DNA of 44,915 bases from Chitinophagaceae bacterium (GCA_035292525.1 DATDPZ010000230.1:1-44915); one strand, 5' to 3'; shown: positions 27,625 through 36,648, numbered from the stretch's first letter. Numbers and translations: made by a program. Notes: generated by a model from the letters alone, not told the origin.

Positions 27625-29127
27625 TTAACACAACTGATATTCCGGCGTACTCATTAATTGCAACGTTGCTGACCTGATAAATTTTTCCATATTACTATCA
27701 TCAGCATGTTGCTGAATCAATTTGTTATTTACGGGATTACTGGTTTGCAATAAACTTTTACTGATCTCATTTACCAGTTGATCCTTTTGCACTTTTTCGA
27801 TTTTGGTACCAGAGAACTCTTTTGAAGATTTCATAAACGCAAAATGATTCAGGTAGTCTTTCCATTCAATAGTTGCTTTGATAACCGATCGTTTGCCATA
27901 ACCCATCATTTTGTTTTCGGTATCTGTCGTTTTTCGTCCCATCATCTGGTCGTCATCATCTTTATTAGTTAGATTTAATTCATCAGTTTCATTCAGCAAT
28001 TGCGGAATACGCATCCGCAGCATCAGGCTGCTGCTGTCAATCCATGTTTTTCCTCCCGGCCAGCCGGCCACATTTGGCGGATAAAATAATACCTGTCCAA
28101 GAGCTCTTTGCAAAAACGTAAAAGCTTCTTCATTCTCCAGTTTCATGGGCAGCATACGCCGGATGCCTGCAATCAATTCAATGGGTGATTTTATTTTGCT
28201 ACCGATATTTTTAGCTTCATAAAACCAGTTGCTGTTAAAAATATCATCCATTAATTTTCCAATATCATAATCACTTTTATAAAAACGATCAGCCAGCCAA
28301 TCAATCTTTTCGTTGTCAGGATTATCATTTACAAAAAACCGGTAGAGCTTTTGTGTAACATATTTTGCAGTCTGTTTATGTTCCAGTAAAATATCCAATA
28401 CTTCTGCTCCATCAAAATTGCCTGTTTTTCCCAACACAGTTTTTGATCCGAAATCATGTTGAAACCGACGGAAAATAAATTCGCCGTTAAATCCTGCACT
28501 CCATCCCGTAAATGCACGGGCAGCTTCCCTGATATCATTTTCTGAATAATGGCCACGTCCCATGGTAAAAAGTTCCATCACTTCCCGTGCAAAGTTTTCG
28601 TTAGGCTGATCTTTTTTATTTTGCTGATTATTTAAAAAATTCAGCATAGCCGCAGTTTTAGAAACTTCGTGCAGCATAATCCGGAAACTTCCCAGGGCAT
28701 TTCTGCGAAGTACATCCAGTAAGCCCTGCTGAAAAAATACATTCAGGTTGCGGCAGGCAAAATGGCCATGCCAGAAGAAAGCCGTTTTTTCTCTTAGTTG
28801 TGCATCTGTATTGACAAAAAGTTTCAACCAGTTCAGGTTAAGACTTCTTACGCCTTCTCTTTGTTTTTGCTGAACTTTTTTTCTCTCATCTTCTGACATT
28901 TCATTTCTTCTTTGCTGGCGACCGGCTTCTTCTATGCCGGCAAAGAGACCTTTGAGAAAATCATCTGCCACATCAATGAATTCTGGTTTTTTGGCCGATG
29001 ATTTTTTTAAAGCAGTAAATAATTGTTGGGGGGTAATACGGGAAAGATCAGTCAGCTGTTCTACGGCTGGACCGAATCCGGCCCGCCACATCAGGTGCTG
29101 ATTTTTTTCTTGATTAGACAAGGGCAT
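27625..29127 (-). CDS. DUF1800 domain protein
   Basis: 500 aa with HLMWRAGFGP, FWHGHFA and ENFAREVMELFTMG..Y.E.DIREAARAFTGW, the usual DUF1800 signature. It lies directly upstream of DUF1501. No signal peptide is visible. Confidence 0.8.
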   Translation of the reverse strand: MPLSNQEKNQHLMWRAGFGPAVEQLTDLSRITPQQLFTALKKSSAKKPEFIDVADDFLKGLFAGIEEAGRQQRRNEMSEDERKKVQQKQREGVRSLNLNWLKLFVNTDAQLREKTAFFWHGHFACRNLNVFFQQGLLDVLRRNALGSFRIMLHEVSKTAAMLNFLNNQQNKKDQPNENFAREVMELFTMGRGHYSENDIREAARAFTGWSAGFNGEFIFRRFQHDFGSKTVLGKTGNFDGAEVLDILLEHKQTAKYVTQKLYRFFVNDNPDNEKIDWLADRFYKSDYDIGKLMDDIFNSNWFYEAKNIGSKIKSPIELIAGIRRMLPMKLENEEAFTFLQRALGQVLFYPPNVAGWPGGKTWIDSSSLMLRMRIPQLLNETDELNLTNKDDDDQMMGRKTTDTENKMMGYGKRSVIKATIEWKDYLNHFAFMKSSKEFSGTKIEKVQKDQLVNEISKSLLQTSNPVNNKLIQQHADDSNMEKFIRSATLQLMSTPEYQLC

Positions 29128-29202
29128 TAATAAAATTTTGATTGTGACATCAATAAAATAACAAAGTTTAAGCCGTTCATCATATTGCTGTATTACTAAA
29201 TG

Positions 29203-29232
29203 TTGAATAAATGATGTTATTTTTTACATTTG
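29203..29232 (+). promoter_or_regulatory. Bacteroidota sigma-A type promoter, TTG-N19-TACATTTG
   Basis: TTG at 29203-29205, an exact 19-nt spacer, then TACATTTG at 29225-29232. The motif ends 14 nt before the ATG at 29247 and lies inside the longer ORF that starts at 29211. Confidence 0.55.
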
Positions 29233-29246
29233 TCCACCGAAAAGTT

Positions 29247-30290
29247 ATGAAGATCCGGGCACTAAAATACCTTTTACCATTGATACTTTATGCCGGGGCC
29301 ATCCTGTCCTTTCATGCTACCGGTATTATTGTCTGGTTTCCCCTGGTATTTGCCTGGGTGGTTATTCCTCTTCTTGAATTATTTATTAAGTCTGATGCGG
29401 GCAATATGAGTGCCACAGAAGAAGAACTCAGCAAGGCAGATAAAACTTATGAACTGATACTCTACCTGATTGTGCCCTTGCAATTCGTGTCGTTATATTT
29501 TTTCCTTTATAATTTAAATGACCCGTCATTGCGTTGGTACGATATTACCGGACGTATCTGGGTAATGGGATTGCTCTGTGGAGTATTTGGTATTAATGTG
29601 GGTCATGAACTGGGGCACCGGGTAAATAAATTTGAACAAACGCTGGCAAAAATGCTGTTGCTTACTTCGCTGTATATGCATTTTTTTATTGAGCATAATA
29701 AAGGACATCATAAAAGAGTAGCCACGCCGGAAGATCCCAGCAGTGCCCGCTATGGCGAATGGGTTTTTGCATTTTATTTCCGGTCAGTCATTTTCAGTTA
29801 CCTGAGTGCCTGGCATATTGCCAATAAGGAAGTGCAAAAAAAGGGATATGCTGTTTTTTCTATTCAAAATGAAATGATCCAATTTCAATTTATCCAGGGT
29901 GCATTTATAGCGCTGTTATTTTTTCTTTTCGGGTGGCTGATTACTCTTTATTTTCTTGCGGCAGCCGTTATTGGTTTTCTACTGCTGGAAACAGTTAACT
30001 ATATTGAACACTATGGGTTGCAAAGAAAAATTTCTGCAGAAGGTAAATATGAACGAGCCATGCCGGTACATAGCTGGAACAGTGACCATGTGATTGGCAG
30101 ACTTTTTCTTTTTGAGCTAAGCCGTCACAGTGATCATCATTATTTAGCCAGTAGAAAATACCAGCTGCTGCGCCATCATGATGATTCAACACAAATGCCT
30201 ACCGGTTACCCGGGGATGATGCTGCTGGCCCTGCTGCCGCCTGTTTGGTTTTGGGTGATGAATAAAAGGATAAAAAAATTGTCTGATTAA
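29247..30290 (+). CDS. alkB: Alkane 1-monooxygenase / membrane fatty-acid-desaturase family hydroxylase (AlkB-like)
   Basis: Histidine boxes HELGHR, EHNKGHH and HSDHH, plus NYIEHYGL. I chose the start at 29247 because of the promoter position. The alternative start is 29211. Confidence 0.8.
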   Translation: MKIRALKYLLPLILYAGAILSFHATGIIVWFPLVFAWVVIPLLELFIKSDAGNMSATEEELSKADKTYELILYLIVPLQFVSLYFFLYNLNDPSLRWYDITGRIWVMGLLCGVFGINVGHELGHRVNKFEQTLAKMLLLTSLYMHFFIEHNKGHHKRVATPEDPSSARYGEWVFAFYFRSVIFSYLSAWHIANKEVQKKGYAVFSIQNEMIQFQFIQGAFIALLFFLFGWLITLYFLAAAVIGFLLLETVNYIEHYGLQRKISAEGKYERAMPVHSWNSDHVIGRLFLFELSRHSDHHYLASRKYQLLRHHDDSTQMPTGYPGMMLLALLPPVWFWVMNKRIKKLSD

Positions 30291-30943
30291 CTCTTTTTTC
30301 TGTCCAATAATAATCTGAAACCAAAATAAAGATTGGATGAAAAATTATTCAGACTGCTTGAAACAGAGATCTGAGTGGATCTCAAAACATCATTAATACC
30401 AGGGTTGTCGATAAGATTTTTGGTTACCTGGTAACTGACACTGGCAATGTTTTTTAATCCTGCTTCCAGATGCAGTTTTTGAGAAACTTTATAAGAAAGA
30501 CCCGGAGAAACATTTATCCCGACTGAAGTTTGCTTACTTTTATTTATTGTAGTCTGAATTTCAAAACTACTTGTGGAATATCCAACGCCGGCATTTCCCT
30601 GTATAAATCCGGAAAAATTATTTTTAATACTGCTATACTTACGTATAAAATAACCCACCCCGGTATTATTTGTTTCAGTTATAGCGGAACTAAAATTATT
30701 TGTGCTTTTTGAACTTCCAATTTGCAGATAGCCTCCTTGTATAATATCCTGACGTGTGGCCACTCCGATCAATGGCGAAAAACTAAATCCATCGTTTTTA
30801 TTTGCAGTACCTGATAATGTTTTCTGTTCCTGAATAAAAATTGAAAGATCACCACCCAGCAATAAAGAACCTTTTGATACCTGTGTAAAACTTACGGAAT
30901 GAAGCATGGCCGACATCATAAATAGTAAAATTATTTTTTTCAT
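30287..30943 (-). CDS. Secreted beta-rich protein, a putative outer-membrane beta-barrel
   Basis: Signal peptide MKKIILLFMMSAMLHSVSFTQ followed by alternating S/G/T-rich strands. I prefer the ATG at 30943 to 31012. It overlaps the convergent alkB end by 4 nt. Confidence 0.5.
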   Translation of the reverse strand: MKKIILLFMMSAMLHSVSFTQVSKGSLLLGGDLSIFIQEQKTLSGTANKNDGFSFSPLIGVATRQDIIQGGYLQIGSSKSTNNFSSAITETNNTGVGYFIRKYSSIKNNFSGFIQGNAGVGYSTSSFEIQTTINKSKQTSVGINVSPGLSYKVSQKLHLEAGLKNIASVSYQVTKNLIDNPGINDVLRSTQISVSSSLNNFSSNLYFGFRLLLDRKKS

Positions 30944-31047
30944 AAGCTGTTTATTTTTTTGTGAAACTAAAGTTGAAAAAAGATAAAGAAAAACGATTTC
31001 ACCTGCTTTCACAAAACATTATCCAAACAAACTGTGAAGTGCATGAC

Positions 31048-32133
31048 CTACTCTACTTCTTTAATTTTGAGAAAAAGTGTTTTTAAGGTTTCGTTCTGAT
31101 GAATTCCGTTTTTATTAAACCACTCACTCTTTCTGATATAGTCAATTCGTTTAACCAGGTCCGGGTGGCTGCTGATCCATTCGCCTGATTGATTTCCAGA
31201 TTCCGTTATTTCCACATTCAGTAACTCAAATAAACGAACAAATCCATTGCCATCAATTTTCCTTTCGCTCAGTATTTTTAATCCCACCAGGTCAGCTTCT
31301 TTTTCCAGTTTCCGGGAATAGTTTAATCCTTTCAGGTGATCTGCATTACGAATCACAGTATTAGCCATAGAGCCAATATCACCAAAGATGATGGATAAAA
31401 AAACAGAAGATGCCAGTTGCCGGAAAAGTGTTCTTGTACTATGCTTCTTATTTACATGGGTGAACTCATGTGCTAATAAGGCGGCAAGATCCTCGTAATG
31501 ATCCATACCTGCCAGCATTTTATCATACACCACAATGTTTCCTCCCGGCATGGCGAAAGCATTGATAATTTCATCTTTTACAACCGAAATCCTGACACCA
31601 TATTCTGTAGGTATATTCAGTTCCCTGAAAAACTCATTTGTATAAAAAGTTTTTGCTTCGTCCAGTATAAAATTATTCCTGAGCGCATCATAAATTCCAT
31701 CACCCAGTTTTTCCTCATAAGAAACCGGCACCCTGTTCGCTAACCGCTCAGCCAAAAATGGAATTAAAAAAAAATATAACCCAACCAGAACAGTAAAAAA
31801 AATTCCCAGTCCCTTAGCTATTCTCATCACATTTTTATTGTTATTTCTTTTAATCCAGGATCTATCCCGGAGAGCAAGGATGCTTTCAAGCTTATCTGCA
31901 AACTCTTTGCTTTCCACTTCAATGATCTGAACAGGATAAGTGCCGCACCGCACAATGGCCTGTCCTCTTTTCCAGAAACTATCTTTGATGATCTGATGGT
32001 ATGGCCATACGATAACCTGTGGGTTATTGTTTTCATCCCGGGTGCCAATACTGATACGATCTTTTAATAATAAAACGGTAGCTTCCTGAGCCTTGCCATT
32101 TTGTAAATAATATTTTGCTGTAAAGGCATCCAT
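31048..32133 (-). CDS. M48 family zinc metallopeptidase with an N-terminal cytoplasmic domain and a membrane anchor
   Basis: 361 aa with the HEFTHV (HExxH) motif, a downstream EKEAD and the transmembrane segment GLGIFFTVLVGLYFFLIPFL. Its start codon shares 1 nt with the serS stop codon. Confidence 0.8.
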   Translation of the reverse strand: MDAFTAKYYLQNGKAQEATVLLLKDRISIGTRDENNNPQVIVWPYHQIIKDSFWKRGQAIVRCGTYPVQIIEVESKEFADKLESILALRDRSWIKRNNNKNVMRIAKGLGIFFTVLVGLYFFLIPFLAERLANRVPVSYEEKLGDGIYDALRNNFILDEAKTFYTNEFFRELNIPTEYGVRISVVKDEIINAFAMPGGNIVVYDKMLAGMDHYEDLAALLAHEFTHVNKKHSTRTLFRQLASSVFLSIIFGDIGSMANTVIRNADHLKGLNYSRKLEKEADLVGLKILSERKIDGNGFVRLFELLNVEITESGNQSGEWISSHPDLVKRIDYIRKSEWFNKNGIHQNETLKTLFLKIKEVE

Positions 32134-33404
32134 TATAAAATGGCGTCCGCGCCAAAATACTGATGAAGAACCAGGGGAAGATTTATTCTGCCGACGGTTT
32201 GATTATTCTCCAGCAAACAAGCAACAATCCTGGGCAATGCCAGTGAGCTTCCATTCAGTGAATGGACTAACTGCATTTTCCCGTTACTGTTTTTAAACCG
32301 GATTTTCATACGGTTAGTTTGAAAACTTTCAAAATTAGAAACAGAACTTACTTCCAGCCATTTTTCCTGTGCAGCGCAGAATACTTCAAAATCGTAAGTG
32401 AGGGCTGAAGCAAAACTCATATCACCGCCACATAGTTTTAAAATTCTGTACGGCAATTTCAATGAATTCAATAGTTTTTCAATATGGGTAACCATTTCTT
32501 CAAACACTTCATAGCTTTTATCAGGATGCACCAACTGAACGATCTCCACTTTATCAAACTGGTGAACCCGGTTGAGGCCTCTCACCTCTTTACCAAAACT
32601 TCCAGCTTCCCTTCTGAAACAAGGTGTGAACGCAGTCATCCTTATAGGCAGATCGGTTTCTTTTACAATTTCATCCCTGTAAATATTAGTTATCGGAACT
32701 TCGGCAGTAGGGATCATGAAAAAATTATCGGCAGGCATAAAATACATCTGTCCTTCTTTATCCGGAAGCTGACCCGTACCAAATGCACTTGCTTCATTTA
32801 CCATCAAGGGTGGCAGGTATTCGGTATAGCCGGCTGCGGTATTGAAGTCAAGAAAATATTGCACCAATGCCCTTTGTAATTTTGCGCCCTGTCCTTTATA
32901 TAATGGGAACCCGCTCCCGGTAATTTTTGCGCCGGTTTCAAAATCCACGATACCGTATTTTTTTATCAGCTCCCAATGCGGAACTGATCCAGCCGGTAGC
33001 ATTGGTATTTCTCCTGCTGTTTTTACAGTTACATTATCTTCAGGCGTTTTACCAACAGGTACTTTTTCTGATGGCAGGTTGGGAAGTAAAACGAGTTTAT
33101 CCTGCAATAGTTTTCCCGTTTCAGTTAATTTTTCTGTGACCGGCTGAAGTGAGGATTTTAATTCAGCTACTTCCTTTTTTTTGTTTTCAGCATCAACTTT
33201 TTGCCCTTTTGCCATCAACTGTCCTATTTCTTTTGATACACTGTTCACTTTTGACTGTATAGTATCAAAATCCAGTTGCAGTTTTTTTCTTTCATCATCC
33301 AGGTTCAGTATTTCATCTGCAAGGCCAGGTTCTGAAAAGTTTTTTACAGCCAGCCTGCTCTTCACCAACTCTGTATTATTCCGGATAAATGCAACCTGCA
33401 ACAT
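32133..33404 (-). CDS. serS: Serine--tRNA ligase
   Basis: MLQVAFIRNNTELVKSRLAVKNF... with a coiled-coil arm and class II motifs (FRREAGS, GSSLALPR). I prefer the ATG at 33404, and a -7 box lies 17 nt upstream. I rejected the ORF extension to 33530. Confidence 0.9.
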   Translation of the reverse strand: MLQVAFIRNNTELVKSRLAVKNFSEPGLADEILNLDDERKKLQLDFDTIQSKVNSVSKEIGQLMAKGQKVDAENKKKEVAELKSSLQPVTEKLTETGKLLQDKLVLLPNLPSEKVPVGKTPEDNVTVKTAGEIPMLPAGSVPHWELIKKYGIVDFETGAKITGSGFPLYKGQGAKLQRALVQYFLDFNTAAGYTEYLPPLMVNEASAFGTGQLPDKEGQMYFMPADNFFMIPTAEVPITNIYRDEIVKETDLPIRMTAFTPCFRREAGSFGKEVRGLNRVHQFDKVEIVQLVHPDKSYEVFEEMVTHIEKLLNSLKLPYRILKLCGGDMSFASALTYDFEVFCAAQEKWLEVSSVSNFESFQTNRMKIRFKNSNGKMQLVHSLNGSSLALPRIVACLLENNQTVGRINLPLVLHQYFGADAIL

Positions 33405-33421
33405 TCTTTTCCAATTTGCGG

Positions 33422-33429
33422 CAAAGATA
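33422..33429 (-). promoter_or_regulatory. -7 promoter box TATCTTTG for serS
   Basis: The minus strand reads TATCTTTG (TAnnTTTG), 17 nt upstream of the serS ATG. Confidence 0.45.
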
Positions 33430-33531
33430 AAAGGAATACCATACAAGAATAAGAGTAATAATTGCATCAGGTTAAATGAGGGTTCAATTTCCAAATTCCC
33501 AATCACTAATTCCTTCATTACTCCTCTCACC

Positions 33532-33539
33532 TATCTTTG
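33532..33539 (+). promoter_or_regulatory. -7 promoter box TATCTTTG for the divergent hypothetical gene
   Basis: The plus strand reads TATCTTTG, ending 5 nt before the ATG at 33545. This implies a leaderless or near-leaderless mRNA, or a later start codon. Confidence 0.4.
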
Positions 33540-33544
33540 CCTTT

Positions 33545-33889
33545 ATGGAAATAAAGGATGATCTGCAATCCCGCTGGTGGGCTTTGGAAGCAAAACTGAT
33601 GGAGCGATTTGGCAAAAAACCTGATCTTGAAACTATCCTGTTCCTGATCGGCATCCAGGAGTTTGGACAAATACGGGAAAAATTTACTAAGGAGCAAAAA
33701 CAGGATCTTATGCATGTGGCCGTTTGCAGCTTGTTTTCAGCCAGCGGATTTTATGAACTGGAGGGAAAAGATACTGATGGCTGGCCGCATTTCCGGCAAT
33801 TGAAAACCATGCCCGAGATGAATATGTTTGAACAGGAAAACTTCCTGAAAGACCATATCCTCCTTTATTTTGAAAATCATTCTTTATAA
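33545..33889 (+). CDS. Hypothetical cytoplasmic protein
   Basis: 114 aa (MEIKDDLQSRWWALEAKLMERFGKKPDLETILFLIGIQEFG...). I recognised no motifs. I rejected the ORF extension to 33476. Confidence 0.5.
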   Translation: MEIKDDLQSRWWALEAKLMERFGKKPDLETILFLIGIQEFGQIREKFTKEQKQDLMHVAVCSLFSASGFYELEGKDTDGWPHFRQLKTMPEMNMFEQENFLKDHILLYFENHSL

Positions 33890-33994
33890 TCAATAGCTTT
33901 TTACAGGAAAAAATTGATACTGATTTTTGGATACCAATCCGGATGGACACAGGTGATTCATATAGGACAATTAAAAAACATTAAATAATAACAC

Positions 33995-34702
33995 ATGAAA
34001 AAATGGATTGTATTTGTACTTAGTTGTATTCTTTTTCTTTCATTATCTGCACAAAAAGATTCAGTGATTAAGAAAAAAGACAGTAAAAGAGATGTGCTAA
34101 TACAAACCAGTATGGGTGATATGGTGATCCGGCTTTCGGATTCCACACCTTTGCATCGCGATAATTTTCTGAAACTGGTGAAAAAGAAATTTTATGACAG
34201 TGTGTTATTTCACCGGGTAATCAGGAATTTTATGATTCAAAGCGGGGATCCCAACAGTAAAACAGCCAAACCGGGTCAATCGCTTGGAAATGGCGGACCG
34301 GGCTATACCATAGCTGCAGAATTCAGAACATCCCTGTTTCATAAAAAAGGAATGCTGGCCGCTGCCAGGATGAGCGATAATGTAAACCCGCAAAAGGCCA
34401 GCAGTGGCAGCCAGTTTTACATAGTACAGGGGAAGGTATTCAGTGATGCCGGGCTTGATTCTGCCGAAACGTTCAGGCTGAATGGCAGAAAAATTCCATT
34501 AAATCAACGGGAAGTTTATAAAACTATTGGTGGCGTTCCCCATCTTGACCAGAGCTATACTGTATTTGGAGAAGTGGTTTTGGGTCTAGATGTTCTTGAT
34601 AAAATAGCAGCAGTAGAAACCAGTAAGGGACAGGACCGGGACAGACCTGTTCAAGATGTAAAAATCATCAATACAAAACTGGTGAAACGAAAACGCAGGT
34701 AA
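33995..34702 (+). CDS. Peptidyl-prolyl cis-trans isomerase, cyclophilin type, secreted
   Basis: Signal peptide MKKWIVFVLSCILFLSLSAQ, then FHRVIRNFMIQSGDP, SGSQFYIV and TVFGEVV. Confidence 0.9.
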   Translation: MKKWIVFVLSCILFLSLSAQKDSVIKKKDSKRDVLIQTSMGDMVIRLSDSTPLHRDNFLKLVKKKFYDSVLFHRVIRNFMIQSGDPNSKTAKPGQSLGNGGPGYTIAAEFRTSLFHKKGMLAAARMSDNVNPQKASSGSQFYIVQGKVFSDAGLDSAETFRLNGRKIPLNQREVYKTIGGVPHLDQSYTVFGEVVLGLDVLDKIAAVETSKGQDRDRPVQDVKIINTKLVKRKRR

Positions 34703-34773
34703 ATACAATACTAAAAAACTTTTTAAGCATTTCAACTTGTTTTTATAATCTTTGCAGCTCAAAACACATAGCT

Positions 34774-35151
34774 ATGAATTTCCCAAAAAATCTCCGTTAT
34801 ACAAAAGATCATGAGTGGATAAAACTGGATGGTAATATTGCTACTATTGGGATTACCGATTTTGCACAAAGGGAACTGGGTGACATCGTTTATATAGAAG
34901 TAGAAACTATTGGTAAATCATTAAAAGCAGGAGAAGTGTTTGGTACCGTGGAAGCTGTGAAAACCGTTTCTGATCTGTTTATGCCATTAAACGGTACGAT
35001 AACAGAACTGAATCCTGCACTTGCAAATTCTCCCGAATCAGTCAACAATGATCCTTATGGTGAAGGATGGATGATTAAAATGAAGGTAGGGAATCCCGAT
35101 GATTTGAATGCATTAATGGATGCGGCAGCCTATCAGGCTATGGTATCATAA
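34774..35151 (+). CDS. gcvH: Glycine cleavage system protein H
   Basis: 125 aa with YTKDHEWI, the lipoyl-lysine context VEAVKTVSDL, and DPYGEGWM. Confidence 0.95.
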   Translation: MNFPKNLRYTKDHEWIKLDGNIATIGITDFAQRELGDIVYIEVETIGKSLKAGEVFGTVEAVKTVSDLFMPLNGTITELNPALANSPESVNNDPYGEGWMIKMKVGNPDDLNALMDAAAYQAMVS

Positions 35152-35180
35152 ATCTGTACAAAGAAATTTATCGTTTATAA
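35150..35180 (+). promoter_or_regulatory. ECF-type promoter candidate, AAATCT-N16-CGTTTATAA, upstream of the ECF sigma gene
   Basis: AAATCT at 35150-35155, a 16-nt spacer, then CGTTTATAA at 35172-35180. It is about 50 nt upstream of the TTG start at 35230 and has the same architecture as the two copies at 39871-39979. Confidence 0.5.
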
Positions 35181-35229
35181 AGTATACCCGAGCCAGGGAT
35201 GTATTATTTTTTTTAGCTTTAACCAACAA

Positions 35230-35772
35230 TTGAACTCAACTTCCAAATACAGCGAACAGGAGCTTATTGTTTTGCTTAAAGAGCAAAGCAATGAGGGGTT
35301 CAATTATTTATATGATAATTATTCAGGTGCTTTGTTTACCATCATTAACCAGGTGGTAGCCGACAAAGACATTGCCAGCGATGTTTTACAGGAAGTCTTT
35401 GTTAATATCTGGAGAAAAATAAACCTGTATGATGCAACGAAAGGAAGAATATTTACCTGGATGCTGAATATAGCCAGAAATGCAGCTATTGATAAAGTAA
35501 GATCCAAAGGATTCATAATTAACCTGAAAAACCAGCCTATTTCAGATAACGTAAATGCTGTAATAACTGCAAGTGTACAGCCCGAAACCTGTGATGTAGG
35601 ACTAAAAAAGGTATTGATGAAATTGAAAGAAGAGTATCGAACTTTGATTGACCTTTCGTATTTCCAGGGATTTACTCATGAAGAAATTTCAAAAATGCTG
35701 GGAATTCCGTTGGGTACCGTAAAAACAAGAATCAGAACTGCATTAAGTCAATTAAGAATATTGATACAATAA
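35230..35772 (+). CDS. ECF-type RNA polymerase sigma factor
   Basis: 180 aa with a TTG start. Region 2 reads DVLQEVFVNIWRKINLYDATKGRIFTWMLNIARNAAIDKVR and region 4 reads YRTLIDLSYFQGFTHEEISKMLGIPLGTVKTRIRTAL. Confidence 0.85.
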   Translation: MNSTSKYSEQELIVLLKEQSNEGFNYLYDNYSGALFTIINQVVADKDIASDVLQEVFVNIWRKINLYDATKGRIFTWMLNIARNAAIDKVRSKGFIINLKNQPISDNVNAVITASVQPETCDVGLKKVLMKLKEEYRTLIDLSYFQGFTHEEISKMLGIPLGTVKTRIRTALSQLRILIQ

Positions 35773-35776
35773 AAAA

Positions 35777-36550
35777 GTGAATAGCAAGGAATACATATCA
35801 AGTGGAATGATCGAAAGCTATGTGCTGGGTTTGCTCAGTGCAGAAGAAAACCTTGAAATGGAACGTGCCTGTGCAGAATACCCGGAAATAAAAGCTGCCA
35901 GAGAAGCATTTGAATTGCTGGTAGAAGAGCAAGCTATGGAAAATGCAAAGCCAGCGCCCCGGGAATTAAAACAAAAAATTGCTGCTGAACTATTTTCGGA
36001 TTTTGAGTCTGCACCGGTTATTCCAGTTTCCTCGTCTCCTGTACGGGATAGAAGCCCAAAAACTTTCCGATGGCTTCGTTATGCTGCAGCTGCCAGTTTT
36101 ATTTTACTGGTTGGTAGTTTGTGGTGGAATATGAATTTGAAAAATGAAAACAGGGAAATTAAAGCTCAGTTAGAAGATTTCAATAACAGATTGGCACAGG
36201 CAGAACAAGATGCCAGAGTAATCCAGGGCTCAAATAAGATAGCTATTTTAGCCGGCACAGCATTTTCTCCTCAGTCATCTGCAACTGTTTACTGGGATAC
36301 TACTTCACATGATGTTTATCTGCTGGTAAATAATCTCCCGATCCCCGCTTCAGATGAACAATACCAGCTTTGGGCCTTATTAGATGGCAAACCGATAGAC
36401 ATGGGTGTGTTTGAAATCACACAAAAACCACTTCAGCTATACCGGATGAAGAATGCACAGGCCGCACAGGCTTTTGCCATTACACTGGAGAAAAAAGGCG
36501 GCAGCCCCACGCCAACTCTGGAAAAAATCGTAGTGCTTGGAAATTTATAA
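35777..36550 (+). CDS. Anti-sigma factor, RskA (anti-sigma-K) type
   Basis: It starts 4 nt after the sigma gene stop. The N-terminal helix is SGMIESYVLGLLSAEENLEMERACAEYPEIKAAREAFE, there is one transmembrane helix (AAAASFILLVGSLWW), and the C-terminal domain reads YQLWALLDGKPIDMGVF...AFAITLEKKGGSPTPT, as typical of RskA. Confidence 0.8.
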   Translation: MNSKEYISSGMIESYVLGLLSAEENLEMERACAEYPEIKAAREAFELLVEEQAMENAKPAPRELKQKIAAELFSDFESAPVIPVSSSPVRDRSPKTFRWLRYAAAASFILLVGSLWWNMNLKNENREIKAQLEDFNNRLAQAEQDARVIQGSNKIAILAGTAFSPQSSATVYWDTTSHDVYLLVNNLPIPASDEQYQLWALLDGKPIDMGVFEITQKPLQLYRMKNAQAAQAFAITLEKKGGSPTPTLEKIVVLGNL

Positions 36551-36648
36551 CCTCCTTTTTTAAAACTGTTCCTCTATTTTTTTCGTACCTCTATTGGTTC
36601 GATCGCTACTTGCTATAGTGGTTTTGGTTCTATAGTTGGTTTAAAGCC

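Noticed and set aside
33405-33530. A 42-codon N-terminal extension of the serS ORF. Similar 5-prime extensions appear on purD (to 22896), mreC (to 17312), the small outer-membrane protein (to 19648), the transketolase subunit (to 7951), alkB (to 29211), the beta-rich protein (to 31012) and the hypothetical gene (to 33476).
   Set aside because: The canonical family N-termini or signal peptides begin at internal ATG codons. Several extensions contain predicted promoters or overlap neighbouring genes.
35193-35224. A weak hairpin followed by a T8 run after gcvH, considered as a terminator.
   Set aside because: The stem needs a 2-nt bulge and has only about 6-7 pairs. It would also sit between the proposed ECF promoter and the sigma gene start. 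I left it uncalled, though it might be an attenuator.
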